From Daphnia carinata (lineage: Eukaryota): DNA of 64,000 nucleotides. The stretch spans positions 2,480,001 to 2,544,000 of the forward strand of contig NC_081334.1 of assembly GCF_022539665.2 (NCBI RefSeq). Reading direction: 5' to 3'. The notes under the pieces are model-generated. The model worked only from the letters and a program-made list of their open reading frames with translations. It was not told where the DNA came from and made no database searches. The first letter of the stretch is position 1. Every line of letters starts with the position of its first letter. The position numbers were made by a program, and so were the translations under genes. This document shows, one piece after another, positions 51,501 to 64,000 of the stretch.

Positions 51501-54500
51501 GCCGCTGCAGCAGCGTCGGCCGCAGCTGAAGCGGCTTCAACTTCGGAATCAGCGGCGGCTTCATATTGAAGCTCAGCTTTCTGAACGTAGTTGGAAGGGA
51601 AAACACCGGTACGGGCTCCAATAGTTCCAGTCCACCAATCTCCATCTTTCTTGATAATTGCCACCATTTCACCAGCCACGAATGACAAGTCTCCCGGCTC
51701 GTTCGATTCATAGGGATACATAGCTACGTAGAAATTGTCTTCTAGTCCAGCGGCATTTTTTGAAAATAAATAAAAACGAAGAATAAATATAATATTACTC
51801 AACTCATATAAACTTTAACTATACCTTTGCTATTTTGCGCGAAAACGATTGATTTAGGAGATTGAGGTGTAGCATCGGTGTGGAAAAGGGACACAAATGA
51901 TTTTGGAAACCAACCACTTCTACCATTACATTGGCCAAACCACCAAAGATCTTGTTGTTCGCGAACTAAAATGACATCTCCTTTGTTAAAGGAGAGATGG
52001 TTATCCTTTTTGCCCTGCCAAACGTAAATGGCTTCCGCTTTCAAATTGTCGACAATTTCGCCCTGAATCCATCGTTAAAAAGGAATTTAACACAAATAGA
52101 CGCAACATCAACGGGTAGGTTCACTATACTTGTCCACGGATAGGAGACGACGATTCATCTGGTACTCTAGTTCCAACTGGCATAAAAGCAGAATGAGACG
52201 CTTCTATAGCGGCTGAAACAGATGCACCTGCATCAGCGATGGATCCATTGTCGCTGACGTTCTCCGGCAGTTCTTGGATGCCTTCCAGAGGGTGTCGTTT
52301 TGCTCCTGTTATGGGGCTATCAACATTACTGCCTCCTGTCGAACTACCTGTATCTGGCCATCCCCCTTGATCCATCTTTTCCACATAAGCCTCTGGGAAC
52401 CAGCCAACGTGGCCACGTACTTCGCCACTCAACCAACCGGGTTCGTTTGAAAGCGACTCCGTGACCTGATTGTTCAAGATATCAAAACTAAATTAGCAGT
52501 TACTACTTCAGAATTAAAGACGTAAATATTACCATGATAATATCGCCAGGCTGAAACGAGATTTCGTCTCCATTACGAGCCACAAACTCGTACAATGCCC
52601 GGTATCGCGTCACAGCAGCATTGGAGCTAACTTCAACTGCTGCAGGGGTGGCTCCGGTACTAACTGGCCAACTGTTAGTCGAATCAGACCAGGAGTCATT
52701 ACCCCAAGACTGTTGCTTGCCACCAGTAGCACGCAACAGAAGAACTTCCTCTCGCTTTTTAAGGTACGCCTTGTGTGTTTCTTGACAGGTACGAGCTAGT
52801 ATAGACATCTCCTTCCTCAAAGCGCTTAACTGGGCATTGTTGTTTTCAGAATCTTCAATTTTTTTGTTCAACTAAAAAAAAAGATTTAAATATCGTTCAA
52901 ACATTTGGCTATGACTAAGAATCAAAAAGCATTATTTGAGTAACCTCTTCTGTCAACAACTCGAGCTTCTCTTTCGATTGATTTAGCGCGATTTGACGAG
53001 CTGTGGTGTTCTGGATTAGGTCGGCGTCACCTAGAATGATTAGGAGGCTCAATATCATTAAAGAAATTTAAGAGCATCAATCTTTTAAGGCAACGGCTGT
53101 CCATACCTGCGTTAGGTGTGGTGGCCGCATTCATTCGATTTTTAGCTTCTAGTCTAACTTTTTCTTGGCTGACGGTAAGAAGACGTTGATTTTGTTCCCG
53201 AAGCTGCGTCTTCAGTGCTGAAAGTTGCTGCATTTGCGTGTCACGTGTAGTACGCATACCGTCAATTGTATTCTTAGTTTCAGCGACGCCTGTTCGCGTT
53301 TCAATTATTTTTGAAGATAGCTCCATCACTCTGTCATCCTAAAACGACCATGAATTTCAAAATACATGTGACAGCTAACCAAATAAGATTATGTTACCAG
53401 GACAGAGAGTTCCGTTTGAAGACGTTGGTGATTTGCACGAAGAAGAGCGACCTTCTCCTGCTCTTTCTGTTTTTGCTGGAGAAGTTCCTGAAGTCTCTGT
53501 TTCTGCCACTCCAATTGCCGTTGTCTTTCCATTTCTTTCCTCGCAGCTTCACGCTGCTCCAACATTTTACGGCGCTGTTCTTCTTTTTCCTGTTATAAAA
53601 GGTCTGTTTAGCAACTACCAATTGAACCATGTTTTCATCTTCTTTTAGAAATTCATGTACCATTTCAAGTTCGCGTTGTTTGGCCAGCTTTTTCTCCAAT
53701 TCGGCTTGCTGACGGCGCTCTTGTTCTAGACGCAATTTTTCTTTCCGTTCGTATTCCTCACGTTCTTTTCTTTGTCTTTCTTCTTGCTCGCGACGTTGTT
53801 GTTCTGCCAAAGCTTTCCTGCGCTTATCAAGCTCAGCTTGACCTGAAGAAGAAATAATTCATTTTTCCATTAATATAAAACACTTTCTATTTAGAACAGC
53901 AACAAACCTTTATCGAAATTTTCTTTTCGTTTATCCTCAAAGGAAACTGGGGATGTTACTTTCCCATCGTCCGAAGGAGGCGGTGGCGTTCCGGCAAAAG
54001 CTTGGGCAAGCGATTCCGGTGTAGAGGATCCTTTTGGGCTGACTACTGAACCAGTTACAGCAGGTAAACTAGGTCGCCGAAAGCTTGGCGGTACAAGGTC
54101 GTGCGGTAATACATCTGGTAACCTATCTCCAGCTCGAACACAGTCGCACAAATGCATGGCTAATACAAATTCGTCACAAGACAAGCGTCCATCCATATCG
54201 ATATCAGATAGTCCCCTATAAAATTAATTTAAATAAAAGTATTTTGTAAGAGACTTTCTTGGTCATGGTTTTCTTCTAGATGTTATACCAAACGCGGGCT
54301 AATAATGGTTGTGGTAGCTGAGTCTGGACAAGTATCCCACGAGCTTGAACACCTGTCAAGAATCCTGTTTTTCCACGATCATGGCTATTGAAAACTTGTG
54401 CATACTTCAATTTCGATGAATGCGGCACAGTCCATTCTACCGACCTGCAGATTCATAAAAGTGACTTTTTCGTCTATAATCTAATGGCTGAATGTAGAAG

Positions 54501-55517
54501 AAAACTTTACTTACGATTCTCTGCTAGCAATAGATGGGGCTCTCGCGACTGGTTTTGTCGAATCAGGAGTATTTGGCTTCGAACCATCAAAACTGAATGA
54601 TGAACCAGGGAATCCTGACGCAACAGCCGGTGCTGCAGCAGCGGAAGGAGGTGATACTATTCCTGCATTGCCTGGCATGTTGTTTGCCATTAAAGGTAAC
54701 CCAACAGGAGAACCAGCACCAAGGAGTGGAAGGTTTGCTGGAACAATAGGTTGGATCATGGGCTGCATCATGGGCTGTATCATCGGCTGCATCATTGGTT
54801 GCATCATAGGCTGTATCATGGGTTGCATTGTTGGTTGCATTGTTGGCTGCATTACAGTCTGTATCATAGGCTGTACCATGGGTTGAGCCATTGGCTGTAT
54901 CATGGGTTGGATTGTTGGTTGAACTAATGGTTGATTGGTTGGATGCGGTGCCACGACTGTTGATGGAGGTTTGACAGCAGCCATGGGCAACGGTTGGATT
55001 ACTACTGCTGGAGTCATTCCTAGAGGAGCCAAGGGGACTCCCATCATAGTTGCAGGAGGGGTTCCAGCAGAAGAGGCTAAAAAATAAACAAACAAACCAA
55101 ATAAGAAATACATTTTCACACAACAGATGAAAACAGAATTTGTAAGGCTATTTTACTTGTCAGTCCAGAAGATGCAGAATTCCTTAAATTAGGTGGCAAA
55201 ACTTTAGGAATATCAAATCCTCTAAGTTTAGCATTTATCAACTTGCATGCAATGCTAAATTCAGTGAAGTCAAGCTTGCCATCAGAATTGATGTCGGCCA
55301 GTTCCCTTTAAAGACAAAAGAAAACTTTAGCACTTGTTTATTTATCATTACATTTCAAAGTGTACCATATGTGACCAAGAATTACAGGGGGGAGCTGAGA
55401 TTGCAAAAGGAAACCTTTAGCTTGGTCTCCGCTAACAAATCCACCAGCCGGTTTCAATGAGTTAAACTGCTCGACATACCGAGCCTTTTCTTGAGGCAGA
55501 ATGACGAAAGGATCCAT
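45519..55517 (-). CDS. ITSN1: Intersectin, long form (2 EH, coiled-coil, 5 SH3, DH/RhoGEF, PH, C2)
   Basis: EH1 starts [14 protein letters not shown] (ATG 55517). EH2, an E/R/K/Q-rich coil and five SH3 domains follow ([52 protein letters not shown]). Then DH ([24 protein letters not shown]), PH and C2 ([23 protein letters not shown]), ending LQLFNRR* (TGA 45521-45519). It is probably co-orthologous to ITSN1 and ITSN2. Confidence 0.95.
46041..46121 (-). CDS. Intersectin C2 exon B (81 nt), putative mutually exclusive exon
   Basis: CTGCAG acceptor, GTACTT donor, phase 1-1; encodes (I)[26 protein letters not shown](G). Confidence 0.75.
46491..46571 (-). CDS. Intersectin C2 exon A (81 nt), putative mutually exclusive exon
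   Basis: TTTAG acceptor, GTAAGA donor, phase 1-1; encodes (K)[26 protein letters not shown](G). Confidence 0.75.
54746..54942 (-). repeat. Coding 12-bp tandem repeat ([12 protein letters not shown]) between the EH domains of Intersectin
   Basis: About 16 consecutive Q-P-x-x tetrapeptides in ORF 54511..55119. Confidence 0.9.
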
Positions 55518-56414
55518 ATTTGTTACACTGGTTTCGAGAATCTACGAAAATCGTTATGCCCTGTTTTATTTTAGGGTTTTAAAACTGAATCACATTCAAG
55601 AATTCAGATTGCTACTCCAAACATGGTTTTACACATAAATCGGCAAACGATTTCCCACTGGGGCAAGTTATGAGAGAATGACGACAAAATGTGACTGAAT
55701 CAATTGTGACAATTGATTTCCACGTGAAACAAATGCCGATCGCTTACTGGAAAAAGTCTAGATTAGACAGCCTAACCACTCGTAGTCTGTTTTCCCGTCT
55801 ACACTAAGGCAGCGCAGTCTGCACAGGTACTGTACTGAGAGCAAAGGGGGCGGCAGTGATACCCCGTGGGCGGAAACCAAGACATTTCGAGTTGAAGGTT
55901 GCTTGCCTCATTTTTTTAGATGTTACATGTTAGGCATGTATTGTCGTCACTCGTCACATTGGCGCTGCGGAAAATCGCTTGCGTACCGAATCCTATCTAG
56001 GTATAATTCATCATCAACATTGCCATGCGACATTAAAAATGTTAAATATTTGAGCAATATATAAATTTTTTTGCACTATTTTGCAAAAAAATCTTCTCTA
56101 CTCTATCAAAAAAGCAAGGAAAAATGGGGAGGAGTTTTGTGGCCCGCCACATTGTGCATTTGCTGTGATTGGCTGGCGGGGGGACTACTGAAAAAAGGGT
56201 TCACCGTGGCTGTAGTGAATCGGCGGGATGAGGCGTTTGGAAGACTAGAATGTGTATGGAAACGTGGATAAAGGCAACTTTTCAGTCAAAGGGCATTGCT
56301 TATAACGGGTGGGCGACAGCACGTAAGCCGACGGGCAGGGATAGCGGGTGTTTTGCAAAATCATGTTGGCTAAATACCTTTTTCACAAAAAAAATTTTTT
56401 AAATAGTATAATAA

Positions 56415-56470
56415 CAAAGATTCGAACCCGTGAAATCAGCGTGGCAGCTGCAATCTATGCCACAGCGCTG
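56415..56470 (-). pseudogene. Truncated or degenerate tRNA-like sequence
   Basis: Minus strand TGGCATAGATTG (A-box-like) followed by GGGTTCGAATC (B-box), with shortened spacing. Confidence 0.45.
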
Positions 56471-56541
56471 CATATGTCAATCACTTACAACTCACATAAG
56501 CTACCTATTTGAATGAGCGACAACCATAGCAAAATTTTGTT

Positions 56542-56612
56542 GGGATGTGCGGTACAATGGTTATCACCCTCGCTTTGTATTCTTTCGACCCCGGGTTCCG
56601 ATTTCCAATCCC
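56542..56612 (+). pseudogene. Degenerate tRNA-like sequence (71 nt)
   Basis: GGGAT/ATCCC ends pair as a partial acceptor stem. A-box CGGTACAATGG, loop-like TTGTATT and B-box-like GGTTCCGATTTCC are present. Confidence 0.5.
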
Positions 56613-59319
56613 TCCATCTCCTCCCACCACCTCCATAATATCATCATTCAAGATTCGCAAGATTCTTCATCTCATCGGATTACGCAACATTCAGCATCTT
56701 CATTACAACGGATTCTCAAGATTCTTCGAATTATGCAAGATTGTACATCCTCATCGTTTCGGACATCAAATACACCAAATGACAACGCTGGATTCATGAA
56801 AGAAGAAAAAAAAACAAGAGCCTTGCCTACTATAAAGGGGCTAAAATGGCACACACAAAAAAATCGATCTGTAGTACCGTTCACTACACCTTAAAGATCG
56901 ACCCACAAACTTGAGGTAGATATGAAGTAATCGTAGCCTGTAGGTTGTTCGTAAGTCTCCCCATGGCCACTAGGTGGATGTGGAGTCATGGATGCAGGCA
57001 GCTAATCATCGGGATATGTGACCCTCTTCGATACCAATAAGTTTTTGTTTTGTTTGTGTGCCTAACACCAGACTATTAGGTTAGTAGGTTGACAGGCTAG
57101 TATTTGATCAAACGCCTAACTCATAACTCGTTTCGAACTCGTTTTTGCGTAGCAATCACCCTGGCTACTCTAGTAAAAATACAGCACGCTATAAGCGTTG
57201 TCTTCGAAAAAAGGGCATTCCTCTGTTATAGAAAATTAAACCAAAAGTTTGTTTAATGGGATAATATGTCCATCAAACATATTTACTTGGTCTTCTCGTG
57301 GTGGCTGACCATGTGGTTATTGTTGCTGAACTGGTGTTGATCGAAAACCAAAACCATCTACTTAAGTGTTTTCAATTTCCCCTTCAATACCGTAAACTAG
57401 TAAAGGGTTTTGAAATGTAATAGAACAATTCAGTCTCCTTTCTGTGCAAGTTGGCGGTACCAGCATTCACGTGGAATTACGATAATCAGGCGTGAAATTC
57501 TTACAAGTTGTATGAAAATGGCATCGGCATAATTCGTCATCGAAGCTGGGGTGCTTAGTATTTATGCACTGTAAAAAGGAATAAAGCAATAAAACACTTA
57601 CCAACATATATGGTGAATTATTGGCAGTATTACAAGGGTGGTTTCTTGGTGTTCTTCCTCCAGAGTCCAGACCTCCATCTATTATGACGACATTTTGTTT
57701 TAGCAAACTAATGGTTTCAAAGTAAGAACGTCTGCTTCCACAGCAAGCACATACAAGCACAGCAATATGGACAACAATTCTACAACGAACAAATTCCAAT
57801 ATTTATAGTAAAACATTACTTACTTATTGAATCCTTTCGTTGGGAATTTTGCTCATGCTTCTGAATCCCATTATAGGAACTAGAAAGCAATTATTGGTTG
57901 GAAATGATTGACACTGTATCACGTACAAACGAAAGATACAAAGTGGAAGCTCTAACAATACCCGCCAAAAACAACAGGAAAAATATCACGTGATCAGAAG
58001 CTAAACCAATCAGCTTCTTTATATAACTTCCAGCAGATGGCGAGTAGTTTCTGCCGCGAAATCGTTGGCGGCAGTGGTTAGTCAATGTACGCACGCCTTT
58101 TTTTCTTCTATTGCATGATTGAAATTTCTTAAGTATTATACATGTTTATTGGAGATTCTTTTATGTTCTGATATTTTCGCGCCTTTGTCTCGAGCAGCAA
58201 TACAAATGGCATTTATCATTCAAATCTGGTATTCGTCCTATTTCGCGGTCTACAACTAAAATCCATACATCTAAAATAAAAACATTTTGTTTTACGACAG
58301 TTTCAGTGTACTTAAAATAAAAATTGATTCGAATGGCAGTTTGAGAAGTTGAGATTATCTGGTAACCCGATTACGCCGATTTGTACCCTGTTTGCCCCGT
58401 TTCATGAAATTACACATTTTGTTTTATTCTTAAACTTGCTTTATTTATTTCTCATGTTTTTGGCTTGTCGTATTGGTTTCAAGTGGTATTTTGAACATAA
58501 CCAAATTGCTTAAAAAATATCTACTCGAGTGTACCCGATTGACAATTTTTCGGGTACGTTTAGTTTTAAAGTAATAAAAATATAATTTTTAGATTCCTGG
58601 TAACACAAGGAATGTCACGGTATAACTTAAAATATTAAATTTAATGATTTATAATTAAATTTTAAGTATTGAAATGTGTGTAAACTACCATGAAGTGTCG
58701 CTAAAATAGTGGCAAGTTACACTTATTTCATTGAAAACACCGTTATTTAGCAAAATAATATTTTATTAAATAAAAATATTATAAAGGTGAACAAGTATTG
58801 GTATTGCATTAAAAAAACTGAAAAAATAAACAATAAACGTGTATTAAAATTTTCCATGACGGCAACGCCTAACTTAACCCTATGCCTTTGCATGAGGAAA
58901 CGCCAGAAATGATAAATGTCAGGCACATGGGTTAAGCATTGTTGCTACGGCTGAGACTAGATTGCGTGGAATTCGCATTCTAGAGAGGTAGTTTGTAAGT
59001 TTCTTTCGTTTTGTAGTTGTCAATATCACTTTTGTTTTTATTTTCAATTATGCAATCGGTAGCCTATCAAATTTCCTTCAATGTTCATTTGTTTTTTCCC
59101 CAAAATGTTTTACTTTACTTTATATAAGAAAGAAAAATGGTACTGGGATCGTTGTTAACGCAGTTTCCTCATGAAATCAACTGTATATAAGAGTTGGTAA
59201 TACAAATATGTATTGGCGTGCGTACATCTGGTGACTACAGGATCCCACCTGGAGAGGACGTCATGAACGCGAACAAGTGTTGGAAGACAACGGTGATAGT
59301 GGTGATAGGTGATATGATA

Positions 59320-59620
59320 ACAGTGAGCGATGCTAGTGGGCGTATAAAAGGCAAATGAAAAAAAAGTAGCAGAATTACAGTGAGCGATGCTAGTGGGCGA
59401 ATTAAGGGCAAATGAAAAAAAAAGTAGCAGAATTACAGTGAGCGATGCTAGTGGGCGAATAAAAGGCAAATGAAAAAAAAAAATAGCAGAATTACAGGTG
59501 AGCGATGCTAGTGGGCGAATCAAAGGCAAATGAAAAAAAGTAGCAGAATTACAGTGAGCGATGCTAGTGGGCGAATTAAAGGCAAATAAAAAAAAAAGTA
59601 GCAGAATTACAGTGGGCGAT
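59320..59620. repeat. About 58-bp tandem repeat, 5 full copies plus one partial
   Basis: Unit ACAGTGAGCGATGCTAGTGGGCGAAT(A/T)AAAGGCAAATG(A)nGTAGCAGAATT; copies differ mainly in poly-A length. Confidence 0.95.
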
Positions 59621-60108
59621 TCAAGTGAGCGAACAATGAATGTAACCATAGTAGACGAAATAAGAAGACAGTGAGAAACCAGTGTTCGAGATGGCAGACG
59701 AATGGGATACCTGATACTGGATGTACGCACGCCTTTTTTTTTTTTTGATGACTGAAGCAAGCTTATGACAGGTTCAGACCACATTTAAAGATTTGCTTTA
59801 AATGTGTAACACCATTAGGGCGTACAGTAGTGCGGCTAGCAGGAAAATAGGTAGGCAGGCTAGTTAATCAATAAAGAAATCGCGCCAAACTTGTAACGAG
59901 TATTAAAATTAATATAAGACAGTTACTCTTTTTCCTGCTAGATGTCAAAACTCTGACAACTTCAAAATGAATAAATTCGTCTGCTTTACAAAACTGAATG
60001 ACACAGAACTTTTTGTTTCGAAAAGATATTGGTAAAATTTAAATCGTGGTAGGTGGAAAAAATCCAAAGTGAAAAAAAGTTGACAGATCCGCTTATCTGC
60101 ATAAAAAA

Positions 60109-61200
60109 ATGGAATTAATGTCATCTCAAGCCTTCGAAGATCCCAGCACAATCGAAGAAATACCTGAAGATGATGACGACGAAGGCTTTGTTTCATTTGA
60201 CAGTTCTAAGTATAATTTGTATAGTGGTAGCAGCGAAATACGTTGTTCACCCAGTAGCCAGCCGTGTTTAATTTTGGAATTTATGGATTTCAGGATACCT
60301 GTGTATACAGTTATGCTAGAAGAAACAACTCGAGAAAAATGCAAAACTATTATCATTTGTGAAGGAATAGAGGCAACAGGTAAAAAATATAAGATAAAAA
60401 AACCACCAAGTCAGCAGTATTTCTAATTTTTATTATTAACATTTGCTTATACTAGATTTTGCCAAAAGTCATCTTCCTCTTGTTGGTAGTGAACCTATTG
60501 GGAAACTTGTGAAGAAAACACAGTTAGATAAGTCTGAAGTTGAGATCTGGGGATTCCAGTATAAGGAACCTGAACCATCATGGTTTTTTCAAATCAATGA
60601 GGAAACTTTATTGTGCACCTGTAATCCCACAATTTCATCAGAAGATTTTTCGTTGTTTGCCAAAACCGTAAGTTTAGCCTTTGGTGTTAAACATGGACCA
60701 CTAATAGTAATCACGGTTTTTTCTTTTTCACAGGTGATAACTAGTTTTAATAGCACCATGGCTGTGGTGATATTAACTGTATCTCCTATCACAAATTACA
60801 AAAGTGATGACCATACCACCTCCACAGAGGCACCACTAATAAGAACTTTAGCCACTTCAGCATTCAACTCAAATGGCTTTGTAAAAAACATCAGACTTGA
60901 GCAGCCTAACATATTAGGAGGGTTGGCGGCAGGATGTATTTTAAAATTTACTCCAATAACAATTGAAAGACAGTTCCAGCCTAACATCTTGTATCGTCTC
61001 TAGTTTTGACGGTATGCGACATAAAACAAATACCAGCCGTTGCATGTGTCGCTTTTTCTTCCAATTTGGACGCAGACGTAGTGAATGGATTTACTACATT
61101 CTTGCACTCAGTCGAATGTACTCAACAACTACAAATCAGCCCGACAAAGCGCTTCCCAGTTCGTGACAAGTGCACCAAAACTGGTAATTTATACATTTAA
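60109..61200 (+). CDS. PSMG1: Proteasome assembly chaperone 1 (PAC1), 4 exons
   Basis: Acidic N-terminus (EEIPEDDDDEG), IIICEGIEATDF, LIRTLATSAF, the motif LEQPNILGGLAAG and a C-terminal HbYX motif GNLYI*. Confidence 0.8.
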
Positions 61201-61469
61201 GTTGCGTTGAGGTAATACACTGCATTTTGAGGTGTGTGTTCACTGTTAAGAATTCCTGGCAGATTTCCACACACAAGGTTTAACTGTTAAACCAAGAATT
61301 GTCACTGTCTTTTGGTGGTACAATGATATTGTTTTTGTATAACATGCAAGATCCATGAGATTTCAATGAAAATAATGTCTTAGTATATTTCAGTTTGATG
61401 AAAAGAAACATATCCCATTGTGATTTGATGTCACTGAAAATGTAAGAATAGAAAAAAAATCAAATGGCT

Positions 61470-64000
61470 TTACAGACTACAAGATGTGGATGATGGCTGC
61501 GGCTGAGAAAATTCCGCATTCGTTGTTGCTACATCGCTTGGCTCTAAAAGAACCAAGGATTCGTTTCCGACGTTTGAACTTTTAGCACCGTCTACTTTTT
61601 GGCATCTGCTAATGCAAAAGAACAGTGTTGGCAGACTTGTAAGGTTATTGCATCAGACTAGTATGCTTTCAGGAAAAAAGGCACAGATTGAGTAGGCATG
61701 GTACTAGCCCGTAAGGAAAATTATTCGTTACCTTTTGCGACCTGCTGGACAACTCCAGATGCGATGCCGTAGACCGAACGCTTCTCCCTCTTCTAAAGTT
61801 TGTGGTAGGCTTACGCCCAACGTCTCTGGAAGCAAAACTGAACACAAGGCCCCGGCTGTGGCTAGCAAACCCATAATCAGCAAGGGTAATAGACGAGAAT
61901 AGACTGCCTGAGATAGGTATGTATGAAGCAGTTGTCTTGTGGGATAAAAATTGTCATATAATTAATGAAATTATTGACTTGTTACCAAGAATACTATATA
62001 CGGAAATGCTATTAGTCCTATCCCAGCCACAAAGGATGCGATTGCCATTGCTTGGCTTCGAACAACAGTAGGTAGGAGCTCGCTAGCGTAAAGGAAAATG
62101 ATTCCGAATGAAGCAGCTATTCCAAATTTTCCGATCATCGCCAAAGTAACGGAAATCCACAGGGGATCTGCATTTCCATTAGCAAAGAAGCAAAGCACGG
62201 TAGAGTAATGTGTCCAATAACAGGCCAATGTGAGAAAGTGTTTGAGAAAGAAGTAATTCTTCGTAATTGTAAAAATTGTCTGCATAGTTACGAAATTCAT
62301 ACGTGAATATGCAACAACATTGTTTCGCTTACCTTCTGGAACTAGCATACAACAGCAACAGGCCAGGCCACCGAGTAACATGGTTAAACAAGTGACCCAT
62401 CGACGGCCCCATCTGCTCATTGCCCACCATGTCAGGACGTAGGCTGGGGCTTCAACGACTGCGTTGATAAAGAAAGCCAACGTGTCTGAAACACCGAGAT
62501 TCGACGAGTTGTACGAAAGGCCATTGTATGCCACTGAATTGGCAAGCCACAGAAACGTCAGAATGTAAAATTTACGACGCATGTTTGGATAGCGCAACAG
62601 TTCCAGCATAGTTCCCTTGCTCGGCTGATGCGACGGATGACGAGGTATTTCCTGTTGTTCTTCCGTTGACAGCTTAATGTTGATATCCGTCTGCAACATT
62701 AAGTCCGTATGCTAGATGAATTACACCATAAAGAAAGGACGAAAAAATCACAAATCTATGGCGTCATGTACTGTACGTCAGAGTTTTACCTGCTGTAAGC
62801 TTCGCAAATAGTTTGGTGGTATGTTCCGTTTATTGATCCGAGCGATACGTTGAACTATGGCCTCTGCTTCGTCGATTCGATTTCTACTAAGTAGCCACCG
62901 GGGAGACTCGGGTACAACCCAGTAATACCTTTGAAACATATTGTGAAATAAAAACATTTGGTGTTGGGAAATAAAAAAAAAAAGTGGGAGACTGTGAAAT
63001 TAAAGCCACTAAGTGACGTAAAAAGAAGCAGTGCATAAAGACTTACCCAAAGAGAGGTAGGAATGGAACGGATGTCGCCAATGCGAGATGGAACCAATGT
63101 CGCAGAAAATGGGCCAGCCCGGCAAGTAGAGCGAGTGACAGACCAAAGAACATGCTGATCCCGTTCCCAGCAAAGGTCCTGAATTCAGGGCCTACTAGCT
63201 CCATCACTGTTTCAAGAAGAGCCTGTTTAAGCTAACTGTGGTTGCATTCATGCCACATCTGTTATGCATTCTTATGAATAGTGTCTAAACAGCATGCAAA
63301 AAGAATCTCTTCGATATCTTCTTAGAAAATTCAAGCAACTTTTTCTTTATAATTTGAACACAAATTCTACTTAAAGATGTTGAAGATGAAACAAGTAAAA
63401 GACTCACCAAGAATATATGGAATCTGGAACAAGGCTGGGAAAGTCAATCCATTTATGGCACGGAAAACCATGTAGACTGTGTAATTTGGTGAGAAGGCTG
63501 TAGCAATTGAGAGAGTAACAGCCATGTAGATCATTAACAAAAAAGAAATCCTACGTCCCCATCTAAATAAACGTATAAAATTAACAAATCCACTGAGAAA
63601 CTGAGCACAATGCAAAGTGTCTCGTACTTATCGGCGATCCAACCAAAGAGAAGGTTTCCAAACAGCGACCCTACGTAGAAAAGGGTCGTTGAAAAAGATG
63701 GCAGCCACTTGTTGTCACAAACTAAATTCAACTAATAAACGAACACGTAAATTATTTCAAATTCAAATCAGCTTCCAATAATAAACAAACTAACGTCAGT
63801 AACTAAGGTGGCTTCGTACTGAGTCTTGTCATATTCCCAACCGTAGAGGCAGTTAACGACCGGCCATGTTGAATCTACGATTGGCTGGGAGAGTGACGTG
63901 TTATTTGCTGGCCATATACCAGCCAAGATCGTTTCTGGCAATATTTGATTGTAATCGACGTGGTACATTGTACAAGAAGAGTATTTTGTTCCATCAAACG
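61470..64000 (-). CDS. SLC22 / organic cation transporter (Orct-like), 5' end outside the window
   Basis: CLYGWEYDKTQYEATLVTD, NLVCDNKW, FGWIADKWGRR, MELVGPEFR, PESPRWL, NSVAYNGLSY, GKFGIAASF, ELLPTVVRS and LLPETLGVSLPQTLEEGEAF. Predicted stop TAA at 61472-61470. Confidence 0.93.

Noticed and set aside
52467..52533. Counterpart of the vertebrate neural SH3A microexon (VKGEW)
   Set aside because: An intron lies at the equivalent GDIIM|V position, but at about 65 nt it is too short to contain a microexon with two flanking introns.
57467..57880. Small secreted-protein gene on the minus strand (signal-peptide-like LLSILLCLYVLAVEA)
   Set aside because: In-frame stops occur both upstream and shortly downstream and I cannot build an intact model; at most a pseudogene fragment.
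59155..59784. 209-aa hydrophobic ORF, or a possible CRISPR-like array
   Set aside because: It is the translation of the 58-bp tandem repeat. The units are contiguous with no unique spacers, there are no cas genes, and the context is eukaryotic.

Overview
A gene-dense, intron-rich animal window. The short (about 60-80 nt) introns, AT-richness and gene content look like a branchiopod crustacean such as Daphnia; this is inference, not a database match. Spliced genes reconstructed by eye, in order: SOCS4/5-type (+), UFD1 (-), Cullin-1 (-), TEX9-like coiled-coil (-), type I PIP5-kinase (+), Takeout/JHBP (-), REV3L (-), Popeye/BVES (-), a T-box gene with Tbx15/18/22-like signatures (-), long-form Intersectin (EH-EH-coil-5xSH3-DH-PH-C2; -), PSMG1 (+) and a partial SLC22/Orct transporter (-). 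Two gene-free islands (about 20.4-27.1 kb and 56.0-59.9 kb) hold minisatellites, MITEs (one hAT MITE with an 8-bp TSD nested in a palindrome) and, in each island, a head-to-head pair of degenerate tRNA-like sequences. The most notable observations are: (1) two exactly 81-nt, phase-matched, apparently mutually exclusive exons for the first strand of the Intersectin C2 domain; (2) a vertebrate-like short/long Intersectin splice switch; (3) two paralogous pri-miRNA-like hairpins with compensatory changes upstream of REV3L; (4) a Tbx15/18/22-like gene; (5) a uORF whose stop overlaps the SOCS start codon. No prokaryotic features (CRISPR, operons) are present. CDS spans include introns, and exon boundaries are manual predictions.
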